Origin: an uncultured delta proteobacterium
GTDB taxonomy: Bacteria > Myxococcota > Kuafuiibacteriia > Kuafuiibacteriales > Kuafuiibacteriaceae
DNA length: 64,000 bases
Direction: 5' to 3'
NCBI GenBank assembly: GCA_963803435.1
Contig: CAWDML010000001.1
Location: 2,688,001-2,752,000 of the forward strand
A model generated the notes under the pieces. That model was given only the letters and a program-made list of their open reading frames with translations, had not been told where the DNA came from and searched no databases. Within the stretch, counting starts at the first letter, position 1, and the number at the start of each line of letters is the position of its first letter. Positions 21,982 through 32,854 of the stretch are shown one piece after another. The translations under genes were made by a program, and so were the position numbers.

Positions 21982-23718
21982 TCATATGCGGCATGGAGGC
22001 AACACGACGTGCTGATAGAGCGCGCCGTCCCTGAAGCCGAGCCGGCGATAGTAGGCGCGGGTTCCGATCGCGGAGATCACGGCCAGGTCCAGGAAGCCCT
22101 CTTCGGCTGCGATCGCCGCGGCGCGCTCGACCAAGGCCCGCCCGAGCCCGGCGTGCTGCGGCCGCGAGCCGGCCGCTTCGTCCAGCCCGACGACCTGGCC
22201 ATAGACGTGGACCTCCCGGATGAGCGCGGCGCTCGCCAGCTCGGGGACGAAGCTCGGCGCCGCGGGGAGCGTGAGCCGCAAAAACGCGACGATCCGATCC
22301 TCGCCCGAGACGAACTGGAGGAACCGCTCGCGTCCGACGGAGGTTCCGTACTCGAGCTCCTCGAGACGGAGCGCGCGCACCGGATCGCGACGGATCTCGC
22401 GGGCCCGGATCTCGCGGCAACACCGTCCGCGCCCGGCGATCGCGCGGTCCGCCAGCTCCCGCAGGTTCGACAGCTTGTTGCCGGCGACGATGTCGTGGCT
22501 CGGGATGTCGCGGATGACCCGTGTGATGCGGCAGTAGGGCGGCACGCTCAGCATGCAGTCGGCCACCAGCTCCACCAGCTCTTCTTCTCCGTAGGGCCGG
22601 AACTCGCCCGAGCGATAGAACCGCATCAGCTCGGCGGACTCGATCAGGCTGCAGGGATAGATCTTGAGCTCGTCGGGGCGGAAGTCCGGATCGTCGAAGA
22701 TCCGGGCGAAGTCTTCCCGGTCCTTCGCGGGATCGGAGCCGTAGAGGTTCGGCATCCAGTGCGCGTGCACCTTGAAGCCGGCGGCGCGGAGGAGCCGCAT
22801 CGCCCGGCGGGTCGCGGCGACGTCGTGCCCGCGGCGGTTCAACGACAGCACCCGATCGTCGAGGCTCTGATAGCCGAGCTGCACCTTGGTGGCGCCGAGC
22901 CGGCGCATCCGCATCACCTCCTCCTCGGTGACGTGATCCGGTCGCGTCTCCACGACCAGGCCGACGCATCGGGAGGCCGCGGACTCGTTGCTCCGGTGCG
23001 CCTCCTCGAGCTGGTCCCAGGTGGCTGACTCCCGCCCGCTGTGCAGGCTGCCCTGCAGACGGACCAGGTGATCGCGGACCGTCCCGTTGTAGTCGGCGCC
23101 GAGCGAGAGCGCTTCGAAGCCGGGCAGCGTGGGATCGGGCGGTGGCGGGGTGTCGGCGTCGTACTCGTTCATCGCGCGGAAGCAGCGCTCGACGAACCAG
23201 ACCTGATAGGGCTCCGGATACGAGGACCAGGTCCCGCCCAGCAGGATCATCTCGACCTTGTCGGTCCGGTGGCCGTTGATCCGGAACGCCACCAGTCGCG
23301 AAGCCGTCTGGGCGTAGGGATCGAAGCGATTCTGCGCCGCCCGCTGCGCGCCCGGCTCCATCGAGAGGTAGCTCTTCGGCATGCGCACGTCGTTCGGGCA
23401 GAAGATGCAGCGGCCGGGACAGGGGAACGGCTTGGTCAGGACTGTCACCGGCGCCACCCCGCTCTGCGTGCGGACCGGCTTGCTCCGCAGGCGCGCGCAG
23501 ACCAACTCGGAGTCCCAGCCGTATTTTCCGGCGAATCGGCGAACGCCCTGGATCAGCTCGCTCTTCTTGAAGAGGTCAGAGCGGCCCTTGGGGTGGCGAC
23601 GCAGCAGCGCCAGCAACGCTCGCTCCGTCGGCGCCGCCATCATCAGCTCCCCCACGATCGCTGCGATCTGGGCCTCGTAGGCCTCGGGCTTGAAATCGAA
23701 GCGATGATGGGATCGCAT
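21982..23718 (-). CDS. elp3: Elp3-type radical SAM / GNAT tRNA U34 acetyltransferase
   Basis: CPGRCIFCP, ETRPD, LKIYP, IREVHVYG, QHAGLG, ISAIGTRAYYRRLG. Confidence 0.93.
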   Translation of the reverse strand: MRSHHRFDFKPEAYEAQIAAIVGELMMAAPTERALLALLRRHPKGRSDLFKKSELIQGVRRFAGKYGWDSELVCARLRSKPVRTQSGVAPVTVLTKPFPCPGRCIFCPNDVRMPKSYLSMEPGAQRAAQNRFDPYAQTASRLVAFRINGHRTDKVEMILLGGTWSSYPEPYQVWFVERCFRAMNEYDADTPPPPDPTLPGFEALSLGADYNGTVRDHLVRLQGSLHSGRESATWDQLEEAHRSNESAASRCVGLVVETRPDHVTEEEVMRMRRLGATKVQLGYQSLDDRVLSLNRRGHDVAATRRAMRLLRAAGFKVHAHWMPNLYGSDPAKDREDFARIFDDPDFRPDELKIYPCSLIESAELMRFYRSGEFRPYGEEELVELVADCMLSVPPYCRITRVIRDIPSHDIVAGNKLSNLRELADRAIAGRGRCCREIRAREIRRDPVRALRLEELEYGTSVGRERFLQFVSGEDRIVAFLRLTLPAAPSFVPELASAALIREVHVYGQVVGLDEAAGSRPQHAGLGRALVERAAAIAAEEGFLDLAVISAIGTRAYYRRLGFRDGALYQHVVLPPCRI

Positions 23719-23744
23719 GGAGCCGGGGCGAACGTAGGCGATCG

Positions 23745-24425
23745 ATGAAGCCGGAGACAATCGAAAGGCTGCTGGCCCTCAACGCCGCCTTCTACCAGGC
23801 CTCGGCCGAGGGCTTCAGCGCCACCCGCCGCACGCCCTGGCCCGGATGGACGCGCCTCCTCGACCGCTTTCGTGCGCCGATCTCGGTCCTCGATCTCGGG
23901 TGTGGGAACGGCCGGTTCTTCGCCGAGCTCGGCCGTCGCGGCCTGGCGGGGGCGTACCTCGGCGTCGACACCAGCGAGGCCCTGATCGCGATCGCACGCA
24001 GGGCCCATCCGGAGGCGCGCTTTGAGCGGGCGGACGCGCTCGCGCCGGCGGCCGGCGAGACCTTCGAGCTGTGCGTGGCGTTCGGGCTCCTCCACCATCT
24101 GCCGTCGTTCGTGCTTCGGGAGCGCTTCGTCCGGTCTCTGGGCCCGCGGATGGTGGAGGGCGGCACCGCCTGCCTCACGTTCTGGCGATTCGCGGAGCGG
24201 GCCCGCTTCGAGCGGCGCATCGCGCCGTGGGATCCGGGCGACGACGTCGAGCCGGGCGACCACCTTCTCCGGTTCGGCGGAGATCGATCCCTACGCTATT
24301 GCCATCACGCGAGCGACGCGGAGATCGATCGTCTGGTGACCGCGACCGGGCTGAAGGAGGTCGATCGTTACGCGGCTGACGGGGAGACCGAAGACCTCAA
24401 CCTCTATTCGGTCCTCGTCCGTTAG
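23745..24425 (+). CDS. Class I SAM-dependent methyltransferase
   Basis: FSATRRTPW, VLDLGCGNGR, LHHL, RYCH; resembles Trm9/ALKBH8-type methyltransferase domains. Confidence 0.88.
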   Translation: MKPETIERLLALNAAFYQASAEGFSATRRTPWPGWTRLLDRFRAPISVLDLGCGNGRFFAELGRRGLAGAYLGVDTSEALIAIARRAHPEARFERADALAPAAGETFELCVAFGLLHHLPSFVLRERFVRSLGPRMVEGGTACLTFWRFAERARFERRIAPWDPGDDVEPGDHLLRFGGDRSLRYCHHASDAEIDRLVTATGLKEVDRYAADGETEDLNLYSVLVR

Positions 24426-24996
24426 AGCTGTGGGACGTGTGATCGACGTTCGTGACGATCGGCGTGGGGACGACCTCGTCGTGCGGGAGCACGTCGGCGC
24501 GGGCGGGGCGAACGCTGACCTCTTGCTGCTCGAGCGAGAGCGCCAGGTTCAGCCGCTCCTTCACCATCATCACCTCACGATAGTGACCCTCGAGCTCCTC
24601 GATGGAGCGGCGCTTCGAGTTGATCTCGTCCTCGAGCGCCGAGATGGCGCGACGCTGGCCGGCCATCTTCTCCTCGAGCTCGTGCTCACGTCGGTGGGCC
24701 TCCTGGATCAGGCCGGGGACGCTGATGCGCACCGACTCCAGCGTCTTCTTGAGGACGCGGACGACCAGCTCGACGTTTCCGCCGGGAAGCTCGCGCATGA
24801 GCTTGGTGAGCTGCTCGATCCCATAGCCGGCGGACTGCGGCGCCGGGCTCGGCGTCAAACCGGACTGCGATGGATGCACCGGCGAATGACCGACGACCGT
24901 CACCTGCGGCGGCATGATCGGCGCGGGCATGCGACCCTGCACCGGCAGGACCGCCACCTCGTCCTCGAGCCGCTTCTTTTCCTTGAACAAAGCCAT
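24397..24996 (-). CDS. Coiled-coil hypothetical protein
   Basis: From ATG 24996 MALFKEKK...YGIEQLTKLMRELP...VLKKTLES followed by heptads. Confidence 0.7.
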   Translation of the reverse strand: MALFKEKKRLEDEVAVLPVQGRMPAPIMPPQVTVVGHSPVHPSQSGLTPSPAPQSAGYGIEQLTKLMRELPGGNVELVVRVLKKTLESVRISVPGLIQEAHRREHELEEKMAGQRRAISALEDEINSKRRSIEELEGHYREVMMVKERLNLALSLEQQEVSVRPARADVLPHDEVVPTPIVTNVDHTSHSSNGRGPNRG

Positions 24997-25057
24997 CCAT
25001 CCCGGATAGCCGATCGGACCCCGTTCGTCCGTCGGCCAAGGATCGGTGTGACCCCGG

Positions 25058-25900
25058 CTATGGGGCGACCTCGAGGGGCGGCGGGGCGTCGGCGCGATCG
25101 AACGGGTCGACCCGCCGGAGGTAGAGATCGCCCAGCTGCGGGCGCAAAGCGCGCACCCGGCCCATGTCGCCCGACTGGGTCCGATGGGCTCGTGTGATGG
25201 AGAGCGCAACGTCGAGGCAACTCCTTCGGCCCGGGCCACATGTCACTCCGGTATCGAACGTCTCCGTGGGCGCGCGGTCGTCCCCGGAGAGCGCGAGCCG
25301 GATCGGCCAGTAGCGATTGAGCACGTAATAGACGGCGCCGACCCGGTGCTGCGGCCACGCCCTGCGCACGGCCTCCAGCGCGAATCGCGAGGCAAGCTGG
25401 TGCTCGGGATGTCCGGTGAAGCCGTGGTCCGGATCGAAAGTGATCAGAACCGTGGGCTTGAAGCGCAAGATGGCTTGCAAGACCAGGTCGGCGGGATCGT
25501 GCTGCTCGACCCACCGCCGTCCGATCTCGTGGCGCGGCGGAAAGGAGCTCACCGGGAGGGGCGCGTTCCAGTAGTTGTGGTGCTCGAGCCGGGCGCCGTA
25601 GGCTGCCGCCACCAGCTGCATCTCGCGGCCGCGGACCGTACCCAGGTCGGGACGGCAGCCCTCCGGGAGCAGACACTCCCCGCCCTGGCCGTGGTTCATC
25701 ACGAAGAAGTAGCAGGGTCAATCCCGCGCGATGCAAGCGAAGGAGAGCACCGAGCTGGCAAGGGTCTCGTCGTCCGGATGCGCGCCGACCCACATGATGC
25801 GGGCGTCCGCGGCCTCGAGGGCGTCAACGAGCGTCGGCCCGCCGCCCTCCTGGACCCCTGCGCAGCCGGCGATCGCCAGGGCGGCCAGGGCCGCCTTCAC
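25058..25900 (-). CDS. PIG-L/LmbE family deacetylase lipoprotein; frameshift near 25718
   Basis: Lipobox AIAGC, GAHPDDE, then [15 protein letters not shown] in ORF 25058..25702. Confidence 0.82.
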
Positions 25901-26611
25901 GACAGCGCGACTCCGAGATCCCGCAGCTGCTTCGTCGCCAGCGCGCTCCAGCCCTTGTTCGCGGAGGGGCTGGCCGGGCTCGGGTGGAGGATCCGGCCGA
26001 TCCGCACGTTCATCCCGTGCAAGCTGGCTTGCGCGCGCGCCTCGGCGAAGGCGCCGACTCCGACCACCACCGCGGGCTCGATGCACTCGACGGTGAAGCG
26101 GAGGGCGCGATCGCGAATCTCGAAGAGCGCGAGCTTCTCTGCGGCCGCCAGCTTGTCGGGCGTCCGGTTGCGGCCGCTCTCCTCCATGAAGACCAGCGGG
26201 CAGTAGTTGCCCACGAACATCCGCTCCGAGAAGCGCTCGGGGGTGCCGAACAGGTCGCGGATTCCAGCCCCACAGCCGCGCGCCGCTCACCTCGCTGCGG
26301 CGGCACTCGAAGCCCTCAATCCGACGCTTGGGATGCTCGTGGGCGGGCCTGCCGACCTTGGCGCGGATGCCGAGCCAGTCGCGCACCATCGAGACCTCGC
26401 CGAAGGGGACCCCGGTCTGCGCCATCCCGTACGGGCCCGGGTTCATGCCGAGGAGCATCACCTCGGCGCCGCGCCGCGCGTAGCGGTCGAGGTACGCGCG
26501 GTGCGCCTCGAAGGCGTACTCGAACGGGTTGTAGACGTGGGTCACCGGCGCTGAGAACTGGAGCGCGGCGAGCTCCTCGGTCATGCGGGTGGCGATCTCG
26601 ACGAGCTGCAT
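25897..26611 (-). CDS. SMUG1-family uracil-DNA glycosylase; frameshift near 26265
   Basis: [32 protein letters not shown]. Confidence 0.9.
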
Positions 26612-26622
26612 CCCGACGCTGT

Positions 26623-27573
26623 CTAGCAACGTTGCGCCTGCTCTTCCAGGTCGATCGTCTCCTTCACCCAGCGCTGCTCGGAGTCGTAGTCGGGGAAGGC
26701 CGCCGGAAACGCGGGGTCGTGCCAGCGTCGGGCGACCCAGGCCGCATAGTGGATGTAGCGGAGACCGCGCAGCGGCTCGACGAGGGAGAGCCACGACGGA
26801 TCGAACTCGCGGAACTGGTTGTAGGCCTCGACGAACATCTCCCGCTGCGCCTTGCCCTCCTCGTCCCGGCCGCCCACCAGGAGCCAGACGTCCTGCGCCG
26901 CGGGCCCCGTGAGGAAGTCGTCGAAGTCGAGGAAGAAGAAGCCCTCCTTGCCCTCGAGCAGATTACCCATGTGGCAGTCACCGTGGATGCGGTGCATCGG
27001 GACGCGCTTGCTGCGCTCCGCGTAGGTCTTCGCGATGTGATCGACCGCGGCGCGGTACCGGTCCGCCCAGCGGTCGGGCACGAAGCCCTTGTCCTCCAGG
27101 ACGGCGAGCGGCTCGTAGGCGTAGGTCTTGGGATCGAGCGTGCGGCGGTGCTTGGGCCTCTTGAGCGCGCCGATGTTGTGGATGCGGGCGACCAGGCGGC
27201 CGAGCCGGCGGATCTGCTCCTCGCTGAGCTCGTCGGGCGAGCGCCCGCCGGTCCGCGGCCACACCGCGTAGTAGATCTCTTCGACCTCGTGGAGCGACTC
27301 GCCGTCCTCGAAGACCAGGGGCGCGCACACCGGGATCTCGTGCTCCTTCAGATCGAAGAGCAGCTCGTGCTCCTCGAGGATCGCCTCGCGGGACCAGCGA
27401 CCGGGGCGATAGAACTTCACGACGATGTGGGATCGATCCTCGAGCATGAGGTCGTAGACCCGGTTCTCCATGCAGTGCAGCGCGAGGATGTGGCCGGTGG
27501 GCTCGAAACCGCCGGCCTCGACGGCCTTCAGCACCCAGTCGGGGGTCAGCTTGAAGAAGAGATCCGTCGACAC
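26623..27573 (-). CDS. srkA: SrkA/RdoA (YihE) stress kinase
   Basis: [34 protein letters not shown]. Confidence 0.92.
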   Translation of the reverse strand: MSTDLFFKLTPDWVLKAVEAGGFEPTGHILALHCMENRVYDLMLEDRSHIVVKFYRPGRWSREAILEEHELLFDLKEHEIPVCAPLVFEDGESLHEVEEIYYAVWPRTGGRSPDELSEEQIRRLGRLVARIHNIGALKRPKHRRTLDPKTYAYEPLAVLEDKGFVPDRWADRYRAAVDHIAKTYAERSKRVPMHRIHGDCHMGNLLEGKEGFFFLDFDDFLTGPAAQDVWLLVGGRDEEGKAQREMFVEAYNQFREFDPSWLSLVEPLRGLRYIHYAAWVARRWHDPAFPAAFPDYDSEQRWVKETIDLEEQAQRC

Positions 27574-27660
27574 GCCCCGGGGGATACTTCGGGCGGGGCG
27601 GTCACGGAAGCTCGATCTTCCGCCTACAACGCTTATCTTTCCGTACACACGGCGATCGCC

Positions 27661-28353
27661 TCATCGGGCCGTGCGAAAGCCGAGATGCGAGAACTGTGCG
27701 CCGGCGTCGTAGCCGTTCCAGACATCCGTGCGGTTCTGGTCGGGCCGCGAGGCCCACGAGCCGCCGCGGGCCATCATCGGACCGCCTGGTGCGTCGGGCC
27801 TGGACGGGGTCGCGGTCCACTGCCAGACGTTGCCCACCAGATCATAATGTCCAAAGGGACCGACCCCGCGACGAAAGTGTCCCACAGGCCAGGTGACCCG
27901 AGCGCCCTGCCCGCGGACCGCGGCGGCCTTCGGATCCCATGCGTTGCCCCAGGGATAGGGCCGCCCCTCGAGGCCACGCGCCGCAGCCTCCCATTCGACG
28001 TCGGCCGGCAGTCGGCGCCCCTCAAAGCGACAGAAGGCGTCCGCCTCGTACCAGGAGACACCGACCACGGGCCGATCAGGCCGGAGAAAGCGCGCCCACT
28101 TCGCCTCGTTCCAGAAGCGCGGCGCGGTGAGCTTGTACGCGCTGATCATCCGCCAGCCGCGTGGATCCCAGAATCGCCGCTCGCGATAGCCGCCGGCGTC
28201 GATGAACCTCCGATAGCGCGCCACGGTGACGAGGTGGCGATCGAGGTGAAACGCGTCCACCTCGGTGGGCCCGTAGCGCTCGGAGAGTGGATAAACGCCC
28301 GCGGGCACGCGCTCCTCGGCGGGTCGATCCGCGAGGAGGACGGCGTCCATCAA
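27661..28353 (-). CDS. FGE-sulfatase (SUMF1) domain protein
   Basis: PVVGVSWYEA, RLP..EWEAAARG, YPWG, DLVGNVWQW, RGGSW, GFR. Confidence 0.9.
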   Translation of the reverse strand: MMDAVLLADRPAEERVPAGVYPLSERYGPTEVDAFHLDRHLVTVARYRRFIDAGGYRERRFWDPRGWRMISAYKLTAPRFWNEAKWARFLRPDRPVVGVSWYEADAFCRFEGRRLPADVEWEAAARGLEGRPYPWGNAWDPKAAAVRGQGARVTWPVGHFRRGVGPFGHYDLVGNVWQWTATPSRPDAPGGPMMARGGSWASRPDQNRTDVWNGYDAGAQFSHLGFRTAR

Positions 28354-28745
28354 TTCACGCCCGAAGGGATCACCGACGGCGTGCTGAGAAGAAAGGGGGC
28401 GATCTCGGCGTCGAACATGGAGCCGTCTTCCAGATGCATCTGGTAGCTGCCGTGCATCGTGCCCCAGGGCGTCTTCAGGATGGAGCCCGAGGTGTACTCG
28501 AAGGACTGATTGGGGCGCAAAACCGGCTGTTCGCCCACGACGCCCTCACCTCTGACCTCCTGCGCGCGGCCCGTGCCGTCGGTGATGATCCAGTGGCGCG
28601 TCTTGAGCTGCACGGTGTCCCTGCCCTCGTTCGAGATGCGGACCGTGTACGCGAAAACGTAACGGCCCTGCGTCGGCATCGATTGCTCCGGCAGGTACTT
28701 CGAGCGGACACTGACGCGGACGCCGTTGGTGACCGCGACCGACAT
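28350..28745 (-). CDS. apaG: ApaG
   Basis: YVFAYTVRISN, RHWIITD, GEGVVGEQP, FEYTSG, GTMHGSY. Confidence 0.95.
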   Translation of the reverse strand: MSVAVTNGVRVSVRSKYLPEQSMPTQGRYVFAYTVRISNEGRDTVQLKTRHWIITDGTGRAQEVRGEGVVGEQPVLRPNQSFEYTSGSILKTPWGTMHGSYQMHLEDGSMFDAEIAPFLLSTPSVIPSGVN

Positions 28746-28850
28746 GCCCCCGGAGTGTGCCGAGCCCGGTGTGGCGATTCAAGGCAATCCTTCATCCGAG
28801 GCAAAACGGCCGGCGTCGTCGGCTGGAGAAAAGCCGCCTATCGTGTGAGC

Positions 28851-31800
28851 ATGGCCCCGGATCGCGTGGAGAACGGGCAGCCCGAGGTCGACCGTAGCGC
28901 GGCCATTCCGATCCCGAGGCAGGTGAACCCGAGTCGGGTTCGACTCTCATTCGCTCAGGAACGAATCTGGCTGTTCGAACAGCTGTCGCCGGGAACGCAC
29001 GCGCACCACCTGTCGGTGCAGATCGACCTGGAGGGCCCGCTCGATCGGGCCGCGCTCCGGCGGGCCATCCGGTCGGTGGTTGCCCGCCACGAGACACTCC
29101 GCACCGCCGTGCGCATCTATGACGGCGTCCCCATGCAGGTGGTCGCCGCCGGCTCGAGCGCAGAGGTGGAGGAGGTCGATCTTTCGGCGCGCTCCTCGGT
29201 GGAGCAGGACGTCGAGGTCCGCCGATCGATGTCCGAGCAGATCCATCGGCCCTTCGATCTCTCGCGGCCGCCCCTGTTCCGGATGCGCCTGCTCCGGCTC
29301 AAGGATCCGGCGCACGTCCTCCAGGCGGTGATGCACCAGCTGATCGCGGACACTCACTCGCTCGAGCTGATGCTCGACGAGATCGTCGCCCTCTACGCCT
29401 CGGAGGTGGTGCGCGAGCGCTCTCCTCTCCCGGATCTGCCGGTCCAATATCGCGACTATTCGATCTGGCAGCGCGCGCGCTTCGACATCGACAAGCGTAC
29501 CCGCCAGCTCGCGTACTGGAGGTCGAAGCTCGGAGGCGATCTGCGACCGCTCGAGATCCCGCTCGATCTCCCACGACCGGCGCTGCAGACGTTCGGAGGC
29601 GCCGAGGAGAGCATCGACCTCTCCGATCAGCTGATCGAGGAGCTGCGGCGGCTCACCGACTCCGAGATCAACATGACGGTCGTCTTGATGGCGGCCTTCT
29701 ATGTCCTCCTGTTCCGATACACCGGGGAGCAGGATCTGTTCGTCGGGACGCCCATCATGCAGCGGGTCCGTCCGGAGACCCAACCGCTGATCGGCCCGTT
29801 CTCCAACACGCTGGTGATCCGGGTGGAGGTCTCCAGCCGTCCCAGCTTCCGCGCGCTCCTCCGGATGGTCTTCCAGGCGCTCGTGGAGGCGTTCGACAAC
29901 CAGGCGCTCTCCTTTGCCGAGCTGATCGAGGAGCTCCAGCCGGCGCGCGATCTCAGCCGCTCGCCGCTGTTCCAGGTGATGTTCGACCCGACGCGCTTCC
30001 GCTCGAAGCCGAAGGTCACGGACCACGGGGCGCTCACCATGACGCCGCACGAGGTCCACTCAGAGATCAGCGCGCACGATCTCACGCTGCTCGTGAACGA
30101 GCGCGACGAACCGATCCGCGTCAAGCTCGAGTACAACACCGCGCTGTACGAGCGGGACACTGCGCGCCGACTGCTGCAGCACTATCGCACCGTGCTCGAG
30201 CAGATCGCGGCAGATCCGGACGGGCCGATCGATCGGATGCCGCTCCTCCTCCCGAGCGAGCGGAACCAGCTGGTCGTCGGGTGGAACGCCACGTCGATCG
30301 AGCATCCCGATCGTCCGCTGGTGCACGAAGAAGTGGCCCTCCGAGCCGCGCATACGCCCAGCGCGGCGGCGATCTGCGTGGGCGATCTCGAGCTCGGCTA
30401 TCGCGACCTGGACGAGCGATCGAATCAGCTCGCCCATCGCCTGGTCTCGCTGGGCGTGGGTCCGGAGGTGCTGGTGGGGCTCTGCCTCGATCGCTCCTTC
30501 GAGATGGTCATGGCGATGCTGGGCGTGCTGAAGGCGGGCGGCGCCTACGTGCCCCTGGATCCGACGCATCCGCCCGAGCGCAACGCGATGATCTTCCGGG
30601 AGGCGGCCCCCAAGGTCGTGCTCACGCAGCGGTCTCTCGAGGACAAGCTGCAGGTGCCGGCATCGACGCGGTTGATCCTGGTCGATGCGCCCATCGACGC
30701 GCCGGTGTCCCCGCCCGAGACGACGGTGGGCCCGGACAACCTCGCGTACGTCATCTTCACCTCGGGCTCCACCGGCCGGCCCAAGGGTGTCGAGATCACG
30801 CACCGTTCGCTCTCCAACTTTCTCTGGGCGATGAGGAGCACGCCCGGCCTGCGCGCGACCGATCGCGTGCTCGCGGTGACCACGCTCTCCTTCGACATCG
30901 CCGGCGCTCGAGCTCCTCCTTCCCCTGTTGGTGGGTGCTCAGGTCGATCTCGCTGGTCGCGTCACCTCGGTCGACGCTCAGCGCCTCCGGGACCATCTGG
31001 ATCTGAAGCCGACCACGGTGATGCAGGCGACGCCCGCCACCTGGCGTATGCTGCTCGAGGCGGGGTGGCGCGGAAACCGCAACCTCAAGCTGCTCTGCGG
31101 GCGGCGAGGCGCTGCCCCGCGATCTCGCGGAGCAGCTGTTGGAGCGGGCGGCGAGCTCTGGAACATGTACGGGCCGACGGAGACCACGATCTGGTCGTCG
31201 GTGCACCCGGTGACGTACGGCGGACATCCGTCCCGATCGGCCGGCCCATCGCCAACACCACGATGTACGTGCTGGACGCCCGCCTCGAGCCCGTGCCGAT
31301 CGGCGTGGTGGGCGAGCTCTTGATCGGCGGCAGCGGGCTGGCCCGCGGCTATCACCGCCGGCCCGACCTCACGCGCGAGCGCTTCGTCCCCGATCCGTTC
31401 TCGGATCGTCCGGGCGCGTAGCTGTATCGAACCGGCGATCTGGCCCGACGCCTCCCCACGGAGAGCTGAACTGTCTCGGCCGCACCGACTTCCAGGTCAA
31501 GATCCGCGGCTATCGCATCGAGCTCGGCGAGATCGAGGCGGCGCTCCTTTCCCATCCCGACGTCAAGAACGCCGCCGTGGTGGCCCGCGAGGACGACCGG
31601 GAGAAGCGGCTGGTCGGCTATCTGGAGGCACGCCATCTGATCGGCGAGGAGGTTCTCCGCAGCCACCTGGAGAGCAAGCTCCCCGGATACATGATCCCGG
31701 CGCGCTTCGTGGAGATGGACGCGCTGCCGCTGACGCCCAACGGCAAGGTCGATCGCAAGGCGCTTCCGGCGCCGGGAAAGACACGCCGGCCCAACACCGG

Positions 31801-32854
31801 CTTCATGGCCCCCTCCGGCGACCTCGAGGTGCAGATGGCCTCGATCTGGCGGGAGGTGCTCGAGGTGGATCGCGTCGGTCGCAACGAGAGCTTCTTCGAT
31901 CTCGGAGGCCACTCGCTCCTCGCGGTGAAGCTCATCAACCGCCTCAACCGGGAGTGCGGCGTGTATATCCCGCTCGGCGCGGTGTTCCAGACGCCTACGA
32001 TCGAGGAGCTGGCGGCCCTCGTCGACGCCGAGTGGCGGCATCGTGAGCCGTCGGTGATCCTGCTCGAGGCGGGCGGCACCAGCACGCCGCTGTTCTGCAT
32101 CTGCGGCATTCACCTGTACTCCGAGCTCGCGCGACACCTGGCCGCCGACCGGACGATCTATGGCGTCTTCGTGCCGGTCGAGGCCGAGCTGTTCAACGGC
32201 CAGGCCGCGAAGCTGACCGTGGAGGACCTCGCCGCCGAGTACGTCCGCGCCATCCGCAGCACCCAGCCGGCGGGTCCGTACTGCCTCACGGGCGTCTCGT
32301 TCGGGGGCGTGCTGGCCTACGAGATCGCACGGCAGCTGACGCTCCAGGGAGACGAGGTCCGGTTCCTCGCGCTCCTCGACACGCTCCTGCCCCGCGCCCT
32401 CTCGCTGAGCCCCAAGCGCTGGCTCAAGGCCCGCATGTCGCGGCTCCGATCGCAGGGCCCGCGCGGCCTCACCGATCAGGTCGTCACGGCGTCGGCCCGC
32501 CTGCGCGAAGCGTTCGTCGAGCGGCTGCGACCCGGGTTCGATCTGATCCAGGCGGCGCCGGACGTCGACGAGATGCGCGTCTCCCGCAACCAGATCTACA
32601 ACCGCGCCACCGCCCGCTACGACCGCGACGAGCATCGTTACGACGGGCCCGTGATCCTGGTGCGGGCCCAGGACACCGACGAGATCGAGGGCTACTCGGT
32701 CGACTCGTGCTTCGGTTGGAACGAGCTGGTCCGCGGCGGCGTCCACCTCTACGAGATCCCGGGCGGGCACCTGGACATCCTCCAGGAGCCTTACGTGACC
32801 ACGCTGGCGGAGCGGCTGCGCTGGCATCTCGAGCAGCCGGGACGGTCGGGGTGA
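28851..32854 (+). CDS. Single-module NRPS (C-A-PCP-TE) with several frameshifts and one in-frame stop in the A domain
   Basis: C: LSFAQERIW, RHETLRT, MHQLIADT. A: YVIFTSGSTGRPKG, NMYGPTETT, YRTGD, NGKVDR. PCP: FFDLGGHSL. TE: GVSFGG, GGHLDIL. Breaks near 30907, 31100, 31150, 31228, TAG 31419 and about 31460. Confidence 0.88.

Noticed and set aside
25058-28745. apaG-FGE-srkA-SMUG1-PIG-L run as a novel system
   Set aside because: Functionally unrelated common genes; co-transcription alone gives no evidence of a shared pathway.
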